Below, piece by piece: positions 37,296 to 47,076 of a stretch of DNA of 54,547 nucleotides (position 1 is its first letter; the number at the start of each line of letters is the position of its first letter). The position numbers and the translations under genes were made by a program. The notes beneath the pieces were generated by a model. That model was not told the DNA's origin. It worked only from the letters and a program-made list of their open reading frames with translations, and ran no database searches. The stretch comes from Candidatus Hadarchaeota archaeon (GTDB lineage: Archaea; CAYQAE01; CAYVLA01), in contig CAZUNO010000020.1 in NCBI GenBank assembly GCA_964621445.1, positions 1-54,547 on the forward strand. The letters run 5' to 3'.

Positions 37296-39524
37296 ATGAT
37301 GCATAACTCTCTCTGGATCAGGGACCGTTTACGGGAGATGAACCTAGATCCACTGCACAGAGAAAGGAGGGACCCCCACCGCAAGATAGGCTGGGAGGAC
37401 CACGGAAAGCCAGGGAGAGGAGATATCGAACTAAAGGGGGAATGGAGGATACATGGCTCGAAGGTTGAGGGGATGATCGAGCTGGTTCAAGATCTGGATG
37501 ACTTTCTAACCAAGATCGGAGTCGATGTTTCGAGTACGGGCGAGTGCCGGATCGAGCTCGGCATGGGCGGAGATGGACCTGAGAATTCATACAGGTTAGC
37601 TGTCACCGATGGTCGCATTGAGATTCATGCCCATGATATCGAAGGCCTATGGGCAGGTGTGGTCAGGATGGAACGTGAAATGGGTATGAGACGAGGACCA
37701 TATCTACCAAAGGGAGAGATAACCGCTTGTCCCCATTGGAAATACCAGATAAGCCAGGCCCCTTGGGGTGCCAACTACCTGGTTCCCGATCTTGGACCCA
37801 GCTATTTGGGTAACGATTCCTTCCGTCTACTGGCCCACTATGGTGCGAACGGGATGACCGTATACGGGGATGCTCTCCTTTACGTGAATAGCGAAATACT
37901 GCCGGAACTCAACCATCCCGACTTCCATGAGCACATCAAAGTGCTTCGGGAAACGACCGAAAGGGCTGCGAAGTACGGTATTTCCCTTTTCTGGGTGCCG
38001 GTACTTCCAAAATTAAGGGAGCATCACCCTGTTTTCCTGTCTCATCCAGAGGTCCGGGGGGCCAGGCTAGGATGGAAGGGAGAGGATCATTCCCTTTTTA
38101 CTCTCTGTTCAACTAGCGAGAGCTCCTTGGAGTTCCTATCTGAGATGACGTCAGGGATGTTCAGGGAAGTACCTCTACTTGGAGGGCTTATCTTGATAAT
38201 CGGCGGTGAGTCCTTCTACCACTGCTATATGAGACCGGATCTCAGCGGCATCGGGCCGGAGCAAAGAAGGACCAACTGCCCGAGATGCTCCAGGAGACCA
38301 GCGGAAGAGGTCGTGGCCGGTTTTGTAGGAAGAATCTCAGCAGCGGTTCACGAGGTTAAACCCGCCGCTGTGGTGGCCGCCTGGCCCTACTCCGCATCCA
38401 TCTGGTCACGGGACTTAAATCAACTTGATCTTATCCGGCGTCTGCCTCCCGACATCGTGCTGTTGTCCGAGATCGATAAGGACCAGCTGCTCGAAAAGGA
38501 GAGGTATTTCAAAAAGATATGGGACTACAGCGTGGACTTCACCGGTCCTTCCGAACGGATCATCATGCAGTCCGATGCCTGCCGAAAGCGGGATTTGCCT
38601 CTATTTGTTAAGACCGAAACGGCATTAGGTTTGGAGGCCATTCACATGCCCTATGTCCCGTGTATGAACAGGCTTGAAGATAAGTGGCATAAGGTGGGTA
38701 GCCTTAGTCCTCTCGGGGTTCTCCAGTCGTGGATGTTCTTCGGTATGTGGGGGTCCAGGGCGGAAGAGCTCGGGTGGTGGAAGAGGTGGTGTCCCGATGT
38801 CCGAGAAGGAGATCTATTGAGCCGCATCGCCAAGCGGGATTTTGGGAATGCCTGGAAACGAGTACTAGGTGCATGGGAACTGGTTAGCCAGGCAGTGGGT
38901 CATCTTCCGTGTATTCCTCCCTATTTTGTGGGGCCATGGTTCCTGGGTCCGGCCCACCCATTGGTGGATGAAAAGGATTGGCGACCACCGGAGGTATTCC
39001 AGGGAGCATTGTACTACCAGCAGGAAAGTAGGGAATCGCTTTCCGGGGCGATGCTGGAATCGAGGTCCCCTCTTGTATTGACTGAGCTCCCAGAGAGCCC
39101 CGAGAAATGGGGATTTATCGTCAAGGAAGGCCAACCAAAATGGGCGACGTTTGTTAACGAGCTCTCGGAGGCCGTTCAGCTTACTGGTCATGCGCTGGCC
39201 GAGATATGCCCCTTAACCGATGGGGAAATGGAACCCGGCGATACTGGTAGGCTCAGGGAGGAGGCCCTCATCATTGAATTTCTCCATAGAACCCTGGTTA
39301 GCACCCTCAACTTCGTCAGGTTTGAGTTTCTAAGAATTCGGGGAGGTAACCAGGAGGAGCTTAAGTCCATCTTGAGGGAGGAACTTGAGAATGCTGAGAG
39401 AGCCAGGCACCTGTATACCGATGCCCCATGGCTGGACCTTTCTCTGCGAGTTGATGGCCAATTCCCATCCAGCAAAGCCATGTTGAATGCCAAAATCGAT
39501 CTTCTCAAAAAGGCGCTGGATTAG
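37296..39524 (+). CDS. Hypothetical glycoside-hydrolase-like protein (GH20/GH67-type N-terminal domain)
   Basis: 742 aa; ENSYRLAVTDGRIEIHAHDIEGLWAG resembles the GH20b-type domain; CPRC motif in the central region. Confidence 0.6.
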   Translation: MMHNSLWIRDRLREMNLDPLHRERRDPHRKIGWEDHGKPGRGDIELKGEWRIHGSKVEGMIELVQDLDDFLTKIGVDVSSTGECRIELGMGGDGPENSYRLAVTDGRIEIHAHDIEGLWAGVVRMEREMGMRRGPYLPKGEITACPHWKYQISQAPWGANYLVPDLGPSYLGNDSFRLLAHYGANGMTVYGDALLYVNSEILPELNHPDFHEHIKVLRETTERAAKYGISLFWVPVLPKLREHHPVFLSHPEVRGARLGWKGEDHSLFTLCSTSESSLEFLSEMTSGMFREVPLLGGLILIIGGESFYHCYMRPDLSGIGPEQRRTNCPRCSRRPAEEVVAGFVGRISAAVHEVKPAAVVAAWPYSASIWSRDLNQLDLIRRLPPDIVLLSEIDKDQLLEKERYFKKIWDYSVDFTGPSERIIMQSDACRKRDLPLFVKTETALGLEAIHMPYVPCMNRLEDKWHKVGSLSPLGVLQSWMFFGMWGSRAEELGWWKRWCPDVREGDLLSRIAKRDFGNAWKRVLGAWELVSQAVGHLPCIPPYFVGPWFLGPAHPLVDEKDWRPPEVFQGALYYQQESRESLSGAMLESRSPLVLTELPESPEKWGFIVKEGQPKWATFVNELSEAVQLTGHALAEICPLTDGEMEPGDTGRLREEALIIEFLHRTLVSTLNFVRFEFLRIRGGNQEELKSILREELENAERARHLYTDAPWLDLSLRVDGQFPSSKAMLNAKIDLLKKALD

Positions 39525-39572
39525 AACCGGGCCGTCCCCAAGGGTATGAAAGAAGTCTTACCCGGAAAAGGC

Positions 39573-39710
39573 CTATCCTCTTTGATGGGTTCTCATGTGT
39601 TTCAAGGCTCTATCGACGCGACTGCTTCCCTTCTCGGTCAATACGAATTCCTCTTCCTCCTTCACCAGAAATCCTTCACGAAGCAGGGGACCGATAATTT
39701 GGTCAACCAT
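39573..39710 (-). pseudogene. Possible winged-helix fragment or small protein (45 aa)
   Basis: Manual: MVDQIIGPLLREGFLVKEEEEFVLTEKGSSRVDRALKHMRTHQRG*; the L..EGFL...LTEKG pattern resembles a wHTH wing. Confidence 0.3.
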
Positions 39711-39772
39711 TCAAGGGCCAGTTCGGATATGTTCATAGACTCATAATAACTGTATCCGGAATACCTCCAGGA

Positions 39773-41734
39773 TTACTGCTCGGATTTTTTCAGTATACTA
39801 TCGGTAACGTCACCCTCCAGGTTAACCGTTGCGGGGTGGTCAATTTCTTTCTGCGGACGTTTAATCTCTGATACATCCCAGCCATCAAGGAAATCGTTGA
39901 GGACCTGGCCCTGGGCATGTCGGGGGGGATCCATTCCCAGCAAATGGGCTATGGTTGGTGCGATGTCGACCAATCTAACCGGTCCGATATCGCTCTCCGG
40001 TCTCCTGTATCCATTTTTCGCCTTTCCACCAATCACCATAAAGGTCGCGTAGTTGGAGGAGATATCGGTTTCTGCGGTTGGGATTTTGGGCCCGTGGCTG
40101 GCCCCACCAACCCTAACCGATCCACGGTTCTTCATCGGGCTATGGCCCCATGTGAATCCCGGGGAATAGGCAAAGATTATGTCCCCGATATGCCTCCCCC
40201 ATAAACCGACTATGGGTGCATCCTCCCTTTTCAGCGCGAATGATAGAACATACTCCCCGTCCTGGTCCTTGCAGCTTCTTAGAATATCGATGACCCTTTC
40301 CCTGACGTCCTCGTATTCGGATTCCTTTACTATTCCTCCTGAATACCTGTCCTCGAGATTTACATACACGTTTGTTAGATCTATGAAGATCTTGCTATTG
40401 GGCCAGTCAACCTCTCGACGACCGCTACAGGTTTTTATGTTCACCAAGCCCTCCTCTGCAAGGTCCTCGATGATCGGGTACCTCTTACGATTAGTTGCGC
40501 TCCCGTGGTCGGATATAACGAAAAGGTAGTCCCGATCATTCAGGATATCAAGATACTTCCCAACCATTTTATCCGCAATGCCATATCCAAGTCGGAGGAT
40601 CTCCCAAGCCTCTTCGGCCCTGTCCTCTTCATATTTTCCTCCGCAAGGGTCTGCGGCGCCGAGAATCTGATGACCTAGATAATCCGGTAGATGCCAGTGA
40701 AGAAAATATAGTGATGCTTTGTACCTGTCCACGAGATAAGTTGAGCTTCTGTAAATCCAGTTGGTCTGATACTCGTATTCCTGGCGGAAAACCTCCTGAT
40801 CCACTAACCCGTTGAAAAAGAGCCCGGCAACCCCCTCGTTTATATATGGACCGAATTTATCTACCAACTCTTCTCCGATATCTGTGGGGTAGGTGAAACC
40901 AGAGATGGGATATACCTGAGATCTGTATAGCCTGAATACATCTCCATTTTCGGATAACTTCATCAACTTGAATCTCACGGTGACCGTTTCCTCTCGCTTA
41001 CCCGTTCCGACCTTTTCCCATTGCCACTCCGACCATTCTCCTTCCCTAAGTTTGCAAAAGGCCTCTGAAGCATCCCTTTGTTTGGATAAAAGGCAGACCC
41101 GATACCCCGACCCATCCGGGTCCACTAGTAGAGCGTAGTAGGTGATGCCATTACCGGATTTCTTGGATGAAACCTCAATGGGGGCCTCCATGGGGGTTGA
41201 GTTGCTCTTAGGGAGGTTCTTCCAGTAACGGGCCTCCTTGAATTCCACTACTATGCTGTTGCTTTTCTCTTCCCCGGTCTCCCCCCGGGAATAGCAGGCA
41301 CTGGGGGAGAATTCGAAGTAGTATTTGCCAGGATGCCATCCAATCCAGTCTATATGCATGGTTTCATCCGTAGTCGGGGGGTAACCGACGAAGTATTGTA
41401 ACACGCTTCTCATTCCCTGCCTAGCTGCTGCCTCCCATAGGTACTCTGCCTTGCAGAGGTTTGAGGACATGGCTTGTGGTCCATTTTTTTCGGTGACGGG
41501 TTCCCCGTAGTCGTGTCTTCCCCATACAGTGATACCGTGGGTACCAGGCCAGGCTCCAGTTGCTATCGTGGTCCAGTTCTCCGGCGTCTGGGCTGGAATT
41601 GCTGACATTGATCTTGAAAAGCCGCCGTTTTTCATGATTTTCCTGAAGTTTGGGCATGTTCCATCTTTTGCAAATTTATCAACCAATTTGGGGCAAAGAC
41701 CATCCAGGCCGGTAACATACACCTTCATATCCAT
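39773..41734 (-). CDS. Alkaline phosphatase superfamily, type I phosphodiesterase/nucleotide pyrophosphatase
   Basis: GLDG, PAQTPENWTTIATGAWPGTHGI, DYLGH, ISDHG, GASHG, LVDIAPT. Confidence 0.9.
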   Translation of the reverse strand: MDMKVYVTGLDGLCPKLVDKFAKDGTCPNFRKIMKNGGFSRSMSAIPAQTPENWTTIATGAWPGTHGITVWGRHDYGEPVTEKNGPQAMSSNLCKAEYLWEAAARQGMRSVLQYFVGYPPTTDETMHIDWIGWHPGKYYFEFSPSACYSRGETGEEKSNSIVVEFKEARYWKNLPKSNSTPMEAPIEVSSKKSGNGITYYALLVDPDGSGYRVCLLSKQRDASEAFCKLREGEWSEWQWEKVGTGKREETVTVRFKLMKLSENGDVFRLYRSQVYPISGFTYPTDIGEELVDKFGPYINEGVAGLFFNGLVDQEVFRQEYEYQTNWIYRSSTYLVDRYKASLYFLHWHLPDYLGHQILGAADPCGGKYEEDRAEEAWEILRLGYGIADKMVGKYLDILNDRDYLFVISDHGSATNRKRYPIIEDLAEEGLVNIKTCSGRREVDWPNSKIFIDLTNVYVNLEDRYSGGIVKESEYEDVRERVIDILRSCKDQDGEYVLSFALKREDAPIVGLWGRHIGDIIFAYSPGFTWGHSPMKNRGSVRVGGASHGPKIPTAETDISSNYATFMVIGGKAKNGYRRPESDIGPVRLVDIAPTIAHLLGMDPPRHAQGQVLNDFLDGWDVSEIKRPQKEIDHPATVNLEGDVTDSILKKSEQ

Positions 41735-41833
41735 CTATTCTGACCCTGTTGATCGCTGGCATAAATGCCTTTTTAGCGGATTCGATTGGAACAAGCAAAT
41801 ATTAGCCAGTACGTGTAAACTGATACGAGCGAC

Positions 41834-42970
41834 ATGCCGGGGGGCTTAGGATCGGGAAAGGAGTCCTGGATCGCCAAAGGAGACCCGGGAGAGGTAATCA
41901 ACATCCTGGGGGCTGGGATTTCTGGTCTAAGCGCTGCTATCAATTTGGCACAGGCCGGCTATACGGTAAATATCTTCGAAAAGAGGCGAAAAATCGGGGG
42001 AAAATACCGGGGCGATCTCCAGGGAATAGAGAACTGGTCAGGATCACTGGACTTCAGGATTAGGCTGGGTAACCAGGGGATAAGGAGAAACTTCGACTTA
42101 AAGCCATTACGCCAGGTCATGGTTACTAATGGTTTCCACGAGGTGAAATGCCATTTCAAGAGGCCTGTATGCTATCTGGTACGTAGAGGGCCCTTGCCGG
42201 GAACAATTGATCGTGGGCTGGCCAGCCAGGCCATGGACCTAGGCGTCCATATTCAAACAGGCACCAGGATACCTCCTCAGAGGCCTGATATTATCGCCAC
42301 TGGCTTCGCTCATGGCAGATCATTCGGTATAGTCAAGGGTGTTTCCTTTCAAACTGGTATGGATGACGTGGCGATCGTCGTTCTGGGAGACTCGGTGGCA
42401 TACAGGGGATACGCCTACCTCCTGGTCGCATCTGGGCTGGGCTGTCTTTGCGTTGCAGTTATGGGCAGATATGAACAATCGGAGACCCATTTCCATAGAG
42501 CAAAAGAGATAATATCAGAAATGGTTGACCTTGATATGGAAAACCCCAAGGATGTAACGGGATTTGGAAGTTTCTCAGCCAGGACCATATTTCAAAGGGA
42601 GGGGAGGCTCTGTGTGGGAGAGGCCGCAGGCCTGCAGGACCTGCTTTGGGGTTTCGGCATAAAGAAAGCTATGATCTCGGGATATTTAGCAGCCCGTAGC
42701 ATCATCGAAAATGAGGATTATGAAGGAATATCGACCGAGGTTCTTGGAAATGGAATCAAGGCCGGTATAGTTAACCGGCTAATATGGGAGGCTTTTCATC
42801 TCGATGACTACTCATTATTCATTGACATACTACGTCGCATAAAGGACCCGGTGAGCCTATTTCGGAAAACGCATACCTACACCCCGATCCACAGGATGCT
42901 ATATCCTTTAGCCAGGTCCTATCTCAATATTCGCTATCCCCACCTAGCCGCTTTTGATACTTCAATATAG
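41834..42970 (+). CDS. FAD-dependent oxidoreductase (geranylgeranyl-reductase-like family)
   Basis: ILGAGISGLSAA...FEK, IIATG, GYAYL, VGEAAGLQDLLWGFGI..A..SG.LAA. Start uncertain. Confidence 0.85.
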   Translation: MPGGLGSGKESWIAKGDPGEVINILGAGISGLSAAINLAQAGYTVNIFEKRRKIGGKYRGDLQGIENWSGSLDFRIRLGNQGIRRNFDLKPLRQVMVTNGFHEVKCHFKRPVCYLVRRGPLPGTIDRGLASQAMDLGVHIQTGTRIPPQRPDIIATGFAHGRSFGIVKGVSFQTGMDDVAIVVLGDSVAYRGYAYLLVASGLGCLCVAVMGRYEQSETHFHRAKEIISEMVDLDMENPKDVTGFGSFSARTIFQREGRLCVGEAAGLQDLLWGFGIKKAMISGYLAARSIIENEDYEGISTEVLGNGIKAGIVNRLIWEAFHLDDYSLFIDILRRIKDPVSLFRKTHTYTPIHRMLYPLARSYLNIRYPHLAAFDTSI

Positions 42971-43020
42971 AGGATAATCAAACCGAAAATGGATAGGGCG
43001 GCCGTTTATATGTTGGCATA

Positions 43021-43032
43021 AAGGTTTATATC
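43021..43032 (+). promoter_or_regulatory. Archaeal-type TATA box of a probably leaderless gene (representative example)
   Basis: AAGGTTTATATC about 25-30 nt upstream of ATG 43056. Similar boxes precede 11858, 14629, 18187 and 20401. Confidence 0.6.
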
Positions 43033-43055
43033 GACTCATAACATATCTCTTGTGA

Positions 43056-45695
43056 ATGATGAACCGGGGCCGAACCTTTCAGATTTTCCTAATAGCCTCT
43101 TTGACACTTCTTGCTTATGGAAAAGGGGGCGTGCTTGGAGTTTCAGATCCCCCGGTTGTCCTCTGGAATCGGACATATCCTAACATTCTGACCGGTGATT
43201 TGCAGACCATAATAGATGAGCCCATGGATATGAGGATGACGGGTGATGGGGGGTATGTGATTGCGGGATCTAGGCTCACTCAATCTGAAAACATGGATGC
43301 CGATCTTGATGCTTTCCTGATTAGAACCGATGGGAGCGGTAACTTGATTTGGAGCAGGAACTACGGAACCCCCAGAGTTGAGGATGGCGTACAAAACTCA
43401 AAGGATGACATTGCTCACTCCGTTGTTGAATGTCCGGCGGGAGGTTTTCTATTTGTGGGATCCACAAACTCATATGAAGGGATCCCCAAGACATCCTACC
43501 TTGCTAGAATAGATGAGGAGGGGGGCATGCTCTGGAATCGATCGCTGGGCGGAATTGAAGCTCGCTGTATTATGAGAGCATCCGATGGTGGTTACATGGT
43601 AGGATTACGGGGCAAATATTACAACTATATCGAGGATTCGTACGTGTACCAAATTACCTTTGTGAAGATCGATGAGGATGGCACTCAACAGTGGAATAGG
43701 ACCCTGGAGTACGAGGAGAGGGTCTTCCTATCCTCAATGGAGGCCACAAATGATGGTGGATATGTCCTGGGATTATACAACGACCAGCGAACGTTTGTAT
43801 TGAAGGTTAATCGTTTCTGTGAAGTCCAGTGGAGCAGGTTCATTGATCCCGAGAACGCATTTGCAGTTTGGGATAGGAGTTACAGCGTAAGGGAGACCAT
43901 GGACGGGGGATACATCGTCCTGGGGGCTATTTTCTCATCAAGTAGCCTGGATGATGATACATATATGGTAAAAATGGATAATTATGGCCAAATTATCTGG
44001 AACCGGACCTATAATTATGCGTTTCGTGATCTCCGGCAAACGCCGGACGGAGGATATGTTCTCGTTGGCAGGAGAAAAACCAGTGATGGGTTCCAGGGGC
44101 ATGATTATGATCTATACTTCGTTAAGACCGACCCCGGAGGCGAGGAGATATGGTACCTGTGGTTGGAGGAAGAGCCATTTGATGAATCCTCTACAGGGAT
44201 CATGTTGACGGAGGATCTAAATTATGTTGTAACAGGGAATCGGGGCCCAGCTGGATTAAGGGAGGTATTTCTCATGAAGCTGGAAACCGTGAGCAGTCCC
44301 GGGATTCTAATGAGCGATGAACCCCCTACCTGCCTTGAAAATGCTGGCAGTATCAGGATCCCCGTGTTTCTAACCGAGACATCGGATCAGACGGTGACCG
44401 TAGATTACAGGGTGCTTAATTCAACGGCTTACTCAAATCTTGATTTCCTGGGCGTTCAAGGCACCCTGGTATTCGATCCCGGTGAAGGAATTAAGGAGGT
44501 CGATATTCCAATCATACTGGATAGTTTGGACGAGGAAACCGAGAGAGCCATACTTTACCTGGATTCGCCCACCAACGCCGAGCTTCTTCATGCTTATCGG
44601 AGCTTCCATATAGAGGATATATATCCACCCAATCATCCCCCAATTCTTGAGGATGGGTATGTATCACCTGTAAGTGGGTTGGAATCAGATGCCTACAGGT
44701 ATTATGCCATCTATGATGACCCGGACGGAGACCCGCCGGAAAGCCTTCAGGTATACATTGATGGAATTGCTCAGGATATGGATCTTCTAAACGGCACGGA
44801 GCCATCTGGCCTGTACTGCACCGGGGAGGTAGAGTTGATGACCGGGGAGCATGACTTCTATTTCTTGGCCAGGGACAGCGCTGGCTACACATCCAGGCTA
44901 CCTCCCAGGGCAAAACTCCCCGGACCAGTGGTAGAGGAAGTCATCCCAAGACCATCGATATGGGCCTGCAATGCTGAAGGAGAGAACAAAACGGGTTTCT
45001 GGCCGACGCAGAATGCATACGTCTGCGGGAAGGGTTTCGATCCAGATATTGAATACACGATTTATGTAATCGATGACTATGATAACTGGGAGGAAATGGA
45101 GGGACAAGAAATTCCCCCTGACGGCGTGGTAAGAACGTTCAAGATCGGGCCGGCATTAGAGGAGGGAGAAATTCCTGTAATCCTGGCCTGGGAGTCCCCC
45201 CTTGACCTGGGCCTCTATGATCTACTTGCCGATGATGGAGATGGACTGTTTGAGACCCGCACGGATGGGTTATCCGGGGAGGAGGGCCACGCCTTCAGGG
45301 TGTGGGAAAGGGCAGTTGTCAATCCATTTGAACCGGAGATAATCAGGCCCATGGATTGCAATTTGACCGTATCGGTCAAGGATGGGGTCACCAGAGAGCC
45401 GCTTCAGGGTGCAATGATCAGGATAAACTCCGCCTCGGGAGAGGTATGGAATATCGAGCAGGGAAAGGCGGTCAAGGTCCCTCCGGGCAATTATACCATT
45501 AAGACCCAGATAAGGATTCTGGGCTTTCCGGTCACCATTCAATCCAAAGAGATGGAGGTTGTTAGACCCACGAGGATGAACATGACTATTTCATTCTTAT
45601 TTATTCCCGTCAAGCACATTAACACCTTGATATATGGCCTCCTGGCCACTGTCGGTATTGCTGGCTTGGTTTCGGTAATAAGAAAAATCCGTTAG
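43056..45695 (+). CDS. Large cell-surface protein: beta-propeller (W.RTY / TxDGGY repeats) + Calx-beta + Ig-like domains + C-terminal TM
   Basis: Signal peptide; repeated DGGY blades; Calx-beta-like ENAG..VTVDY...GTLVFDPGE; NHPP...DPDGDPP; terminal TM followed by RKIR. Confidence 0.82.
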   Translation: MMNRGRTFQIFLIASLTLLAYGKGGVLGVSDPPVVLWNRTYPNILTGDLQTIIDEPMDMRMTGDGGYVIAGSRLTQSENMDADLDAFLIRTDGSGNLIWSRNYGTPRVEDGVQNSKDDIAHSVVECPAGGFLFVGSTNSYEGIPKTSYLARIDEEGGMLWNRSLGGIEARCIMRASDGGYMVGLRGKYYNYIEDSYVYQITFVKIDEDGTQQWNRTLEYEERVFLSSMEATNDGGYVLGLYNDQRTFVLKVNRFCEVQWSRFIDPENAFAVWDRSYSVRETMDGGYIVLGAIFSSSSLDDDTYMVKMDNYGQIIWNRTYNYAFRDLRQTPDGGYVLVGRRKTSDGFQGHDYDLYFVKTDPGGEEIWYLWLEEEPFDESSTGIMLTEDLNYVVTGNRGPAGLREVFLMKLETVSSPGILMSDEPPTCLENAGSIRIPVFLTETSDQTVTVDYRVLNSTAYSNLDFLGVQGTLVFDPGEGIKEVDIPIILDSLDEETERAILYLDSPTNAELLHAYRSFHIEDIYPPNHPPILEDGYVSPVSGLESDAYRYYAIYDDPDGDPPESLQVYIDGIAQDMDLLNGTEPSGLYCTGEVELMTGEHDFYFLARDSAGYTSRLPPRAKLPGPVVEEVIPRPSIWACNAEGENKTGFWPTQNAYVCGKGFDPDIEYTIYVIDDYDNWEEMEGQEIPPDGVVRTFKIGPALEEGEIPVILAWESPLDLGLYDLLADDGDGLFETRTDGLSGEEGHAFRVWERAVVNPFEPEIIRPMDCNLTVSVKDGVTREPLQGAMIRINSASGEVWNIEQGKAVKVPPGNYTIKTQIRILGFPVTIQSKEMEVVRPTRMNMTISFLFIPVKHINTLIYGLLATVGIAGLVSVIRKIR

Positions 45696-45717
45696 GCCTC
45701 CGAGATTCGTGCCGGCA

Positions 45718-46160
45718 TCAATCGCCCTTTTTCAGGAGCGTCTTTCTCATCAGAAAACCAGAAGCTGTATAGCTTGGCGTTCCTGAGGTGGAATCCTTCC
45801 GGCGGTAGAATCTAGGTCCACCTCTAAGCGCTGCTACCTGTGTGCAGTTATCCCTGGACATACCGTATCCACCCCGTGGTGCTTTTCTGCTAGCTCTTCT
45901 AGGAGTGGTTTGATGGCTTGGGACTCGTGGCAGTGAATGGAGTTCAACACCCTGAATTCGGACACCAATCCGTGCTCCACCCAACCACGCAGACTGATAT
46001 CTCGAACAGCGCATACCTTTTATTGCCGGTCAGGTGACTCTCCCAGTTATCCTTGATCGAGGTAGAGAGACCGGTGCCCACACCCTCTCCACGATGAGGT
46101 CGACACACCAACAAAACCACGGTAATCTCCAGGTCACCGTAGCACGCTCCACATCCTCAT
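45718..46160 (-). mobile_element. Degenerate DDE transposase remnant (IS5/ISNCY-like)
   Basis: Pieces in three frames: GTGLSTSIKDNWESH...FEISVCVVG / VEHGLVSEFRVLNSIHCHESQAIKPLLEEL...VDTV / GMSRDNCTQVAALRGGPRFY. These resemble the DGTG, HES and GYxSRxN motifs of archaeal DDE transposases. Confidence 0.6.
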
Positions 46161-46693
46161 ATCCCGGCACACCGGGGATTTCGATGTCCTAGAAGAGCAG
46201 GTGAGGGGTGTTCTGGACGCCAGTGCGTCTGGGGTTGTCCTCTTTCGATACGGTGCGGTGACCGATGAAGATATGGAAGAGCTGAAAGATCATCCGTTCG
46301 AAGTCCTCTCCATAGAGAAATTAACAAGAAAAGATGGGAGAATAACAACCACCCAAAAAAACATCATACGGGAAAACAACCATGTTTATAAGGTACGGAG
46401 AGCGGGCCCGGCGGGACTTGATTAAAGGGTTCGTAATCTTTTCCCCTTTTTTTATTGGATTTTGGGTAACGGGTAGTCCGAACTATATGGATTACAGCCG
46501 GAAGCGGGGTCGGATCGCACCCGGGGCGACGACCATAGAATGCTCGCAGAAAAAAGCCGCACTTAAAACAACCTTGACCCATCTTGAACACCAAGCCGAA
46601 CAGCCAGGGCCTCTCTCCAAACCAATCTATTTCAACAGTTCTACCAACCCCCCTCCAAACATCCCCGGAACCGGGGGGAGGTGAAACCAAAAA

Positions 46694-46879
46694 ATGGCAA
46701 AAACCTACACAAAGCCCCAGGGCAACGAATTAAAATCCTCATCACTCGCATGGGAAGACTGCCCAACGGATCAACCATGGGACTGCAAAGATGGTATAAA
46801 GTCTTGTTGCCCTCCCAGCGAAGAATATTTGAGAGGGGATGAAGGGGACCCTTCTTGGGCTTATCAGTGCTGTTGTTAG
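46694..46879 (+). CDS. Small Cys-rich peptide (61 aa), RiPP-precursor-like
   Basis: Strong GGAGGTGA RBS at 46677-46684, TATA-like CTTAAAA near 46562 and T-tracts downstream; leader-like MAKTYTKPQ; 7 Cys including a terminal CCC. Confidence 0.7.
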   Translation: MAKTYTKPQGNELKSSSLAWEDCPTDQPWDCKDGIKSCCPPSEEYLRGDEGDPSWAYQCCC

Positions 46880-47076
46880 AGACCTCTATTCAGAGATACA
46901 TCACAAATCTGGTGTGGCCCGTGTTTAGGGAGAGGAAACTAGATATATTTTTTTAATTTCTGTTTTGGGTAAATGGATTTTTTGGGCTCTATTGACTAAT
47001 GCCGTGCTTTGCGAATGAGGTTTTTATTGGCCTTATTTTTTGAATCACTATACAAGCTACTACATGATTCTTCCAT

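Noticed and set aside
45700-46200. Long apparent intergenic region as RNase P, SRP or another ncRNA
   Set aside because: No conserved RNA motifs were found; the minus strand translates into frameshifted transposase pieces.
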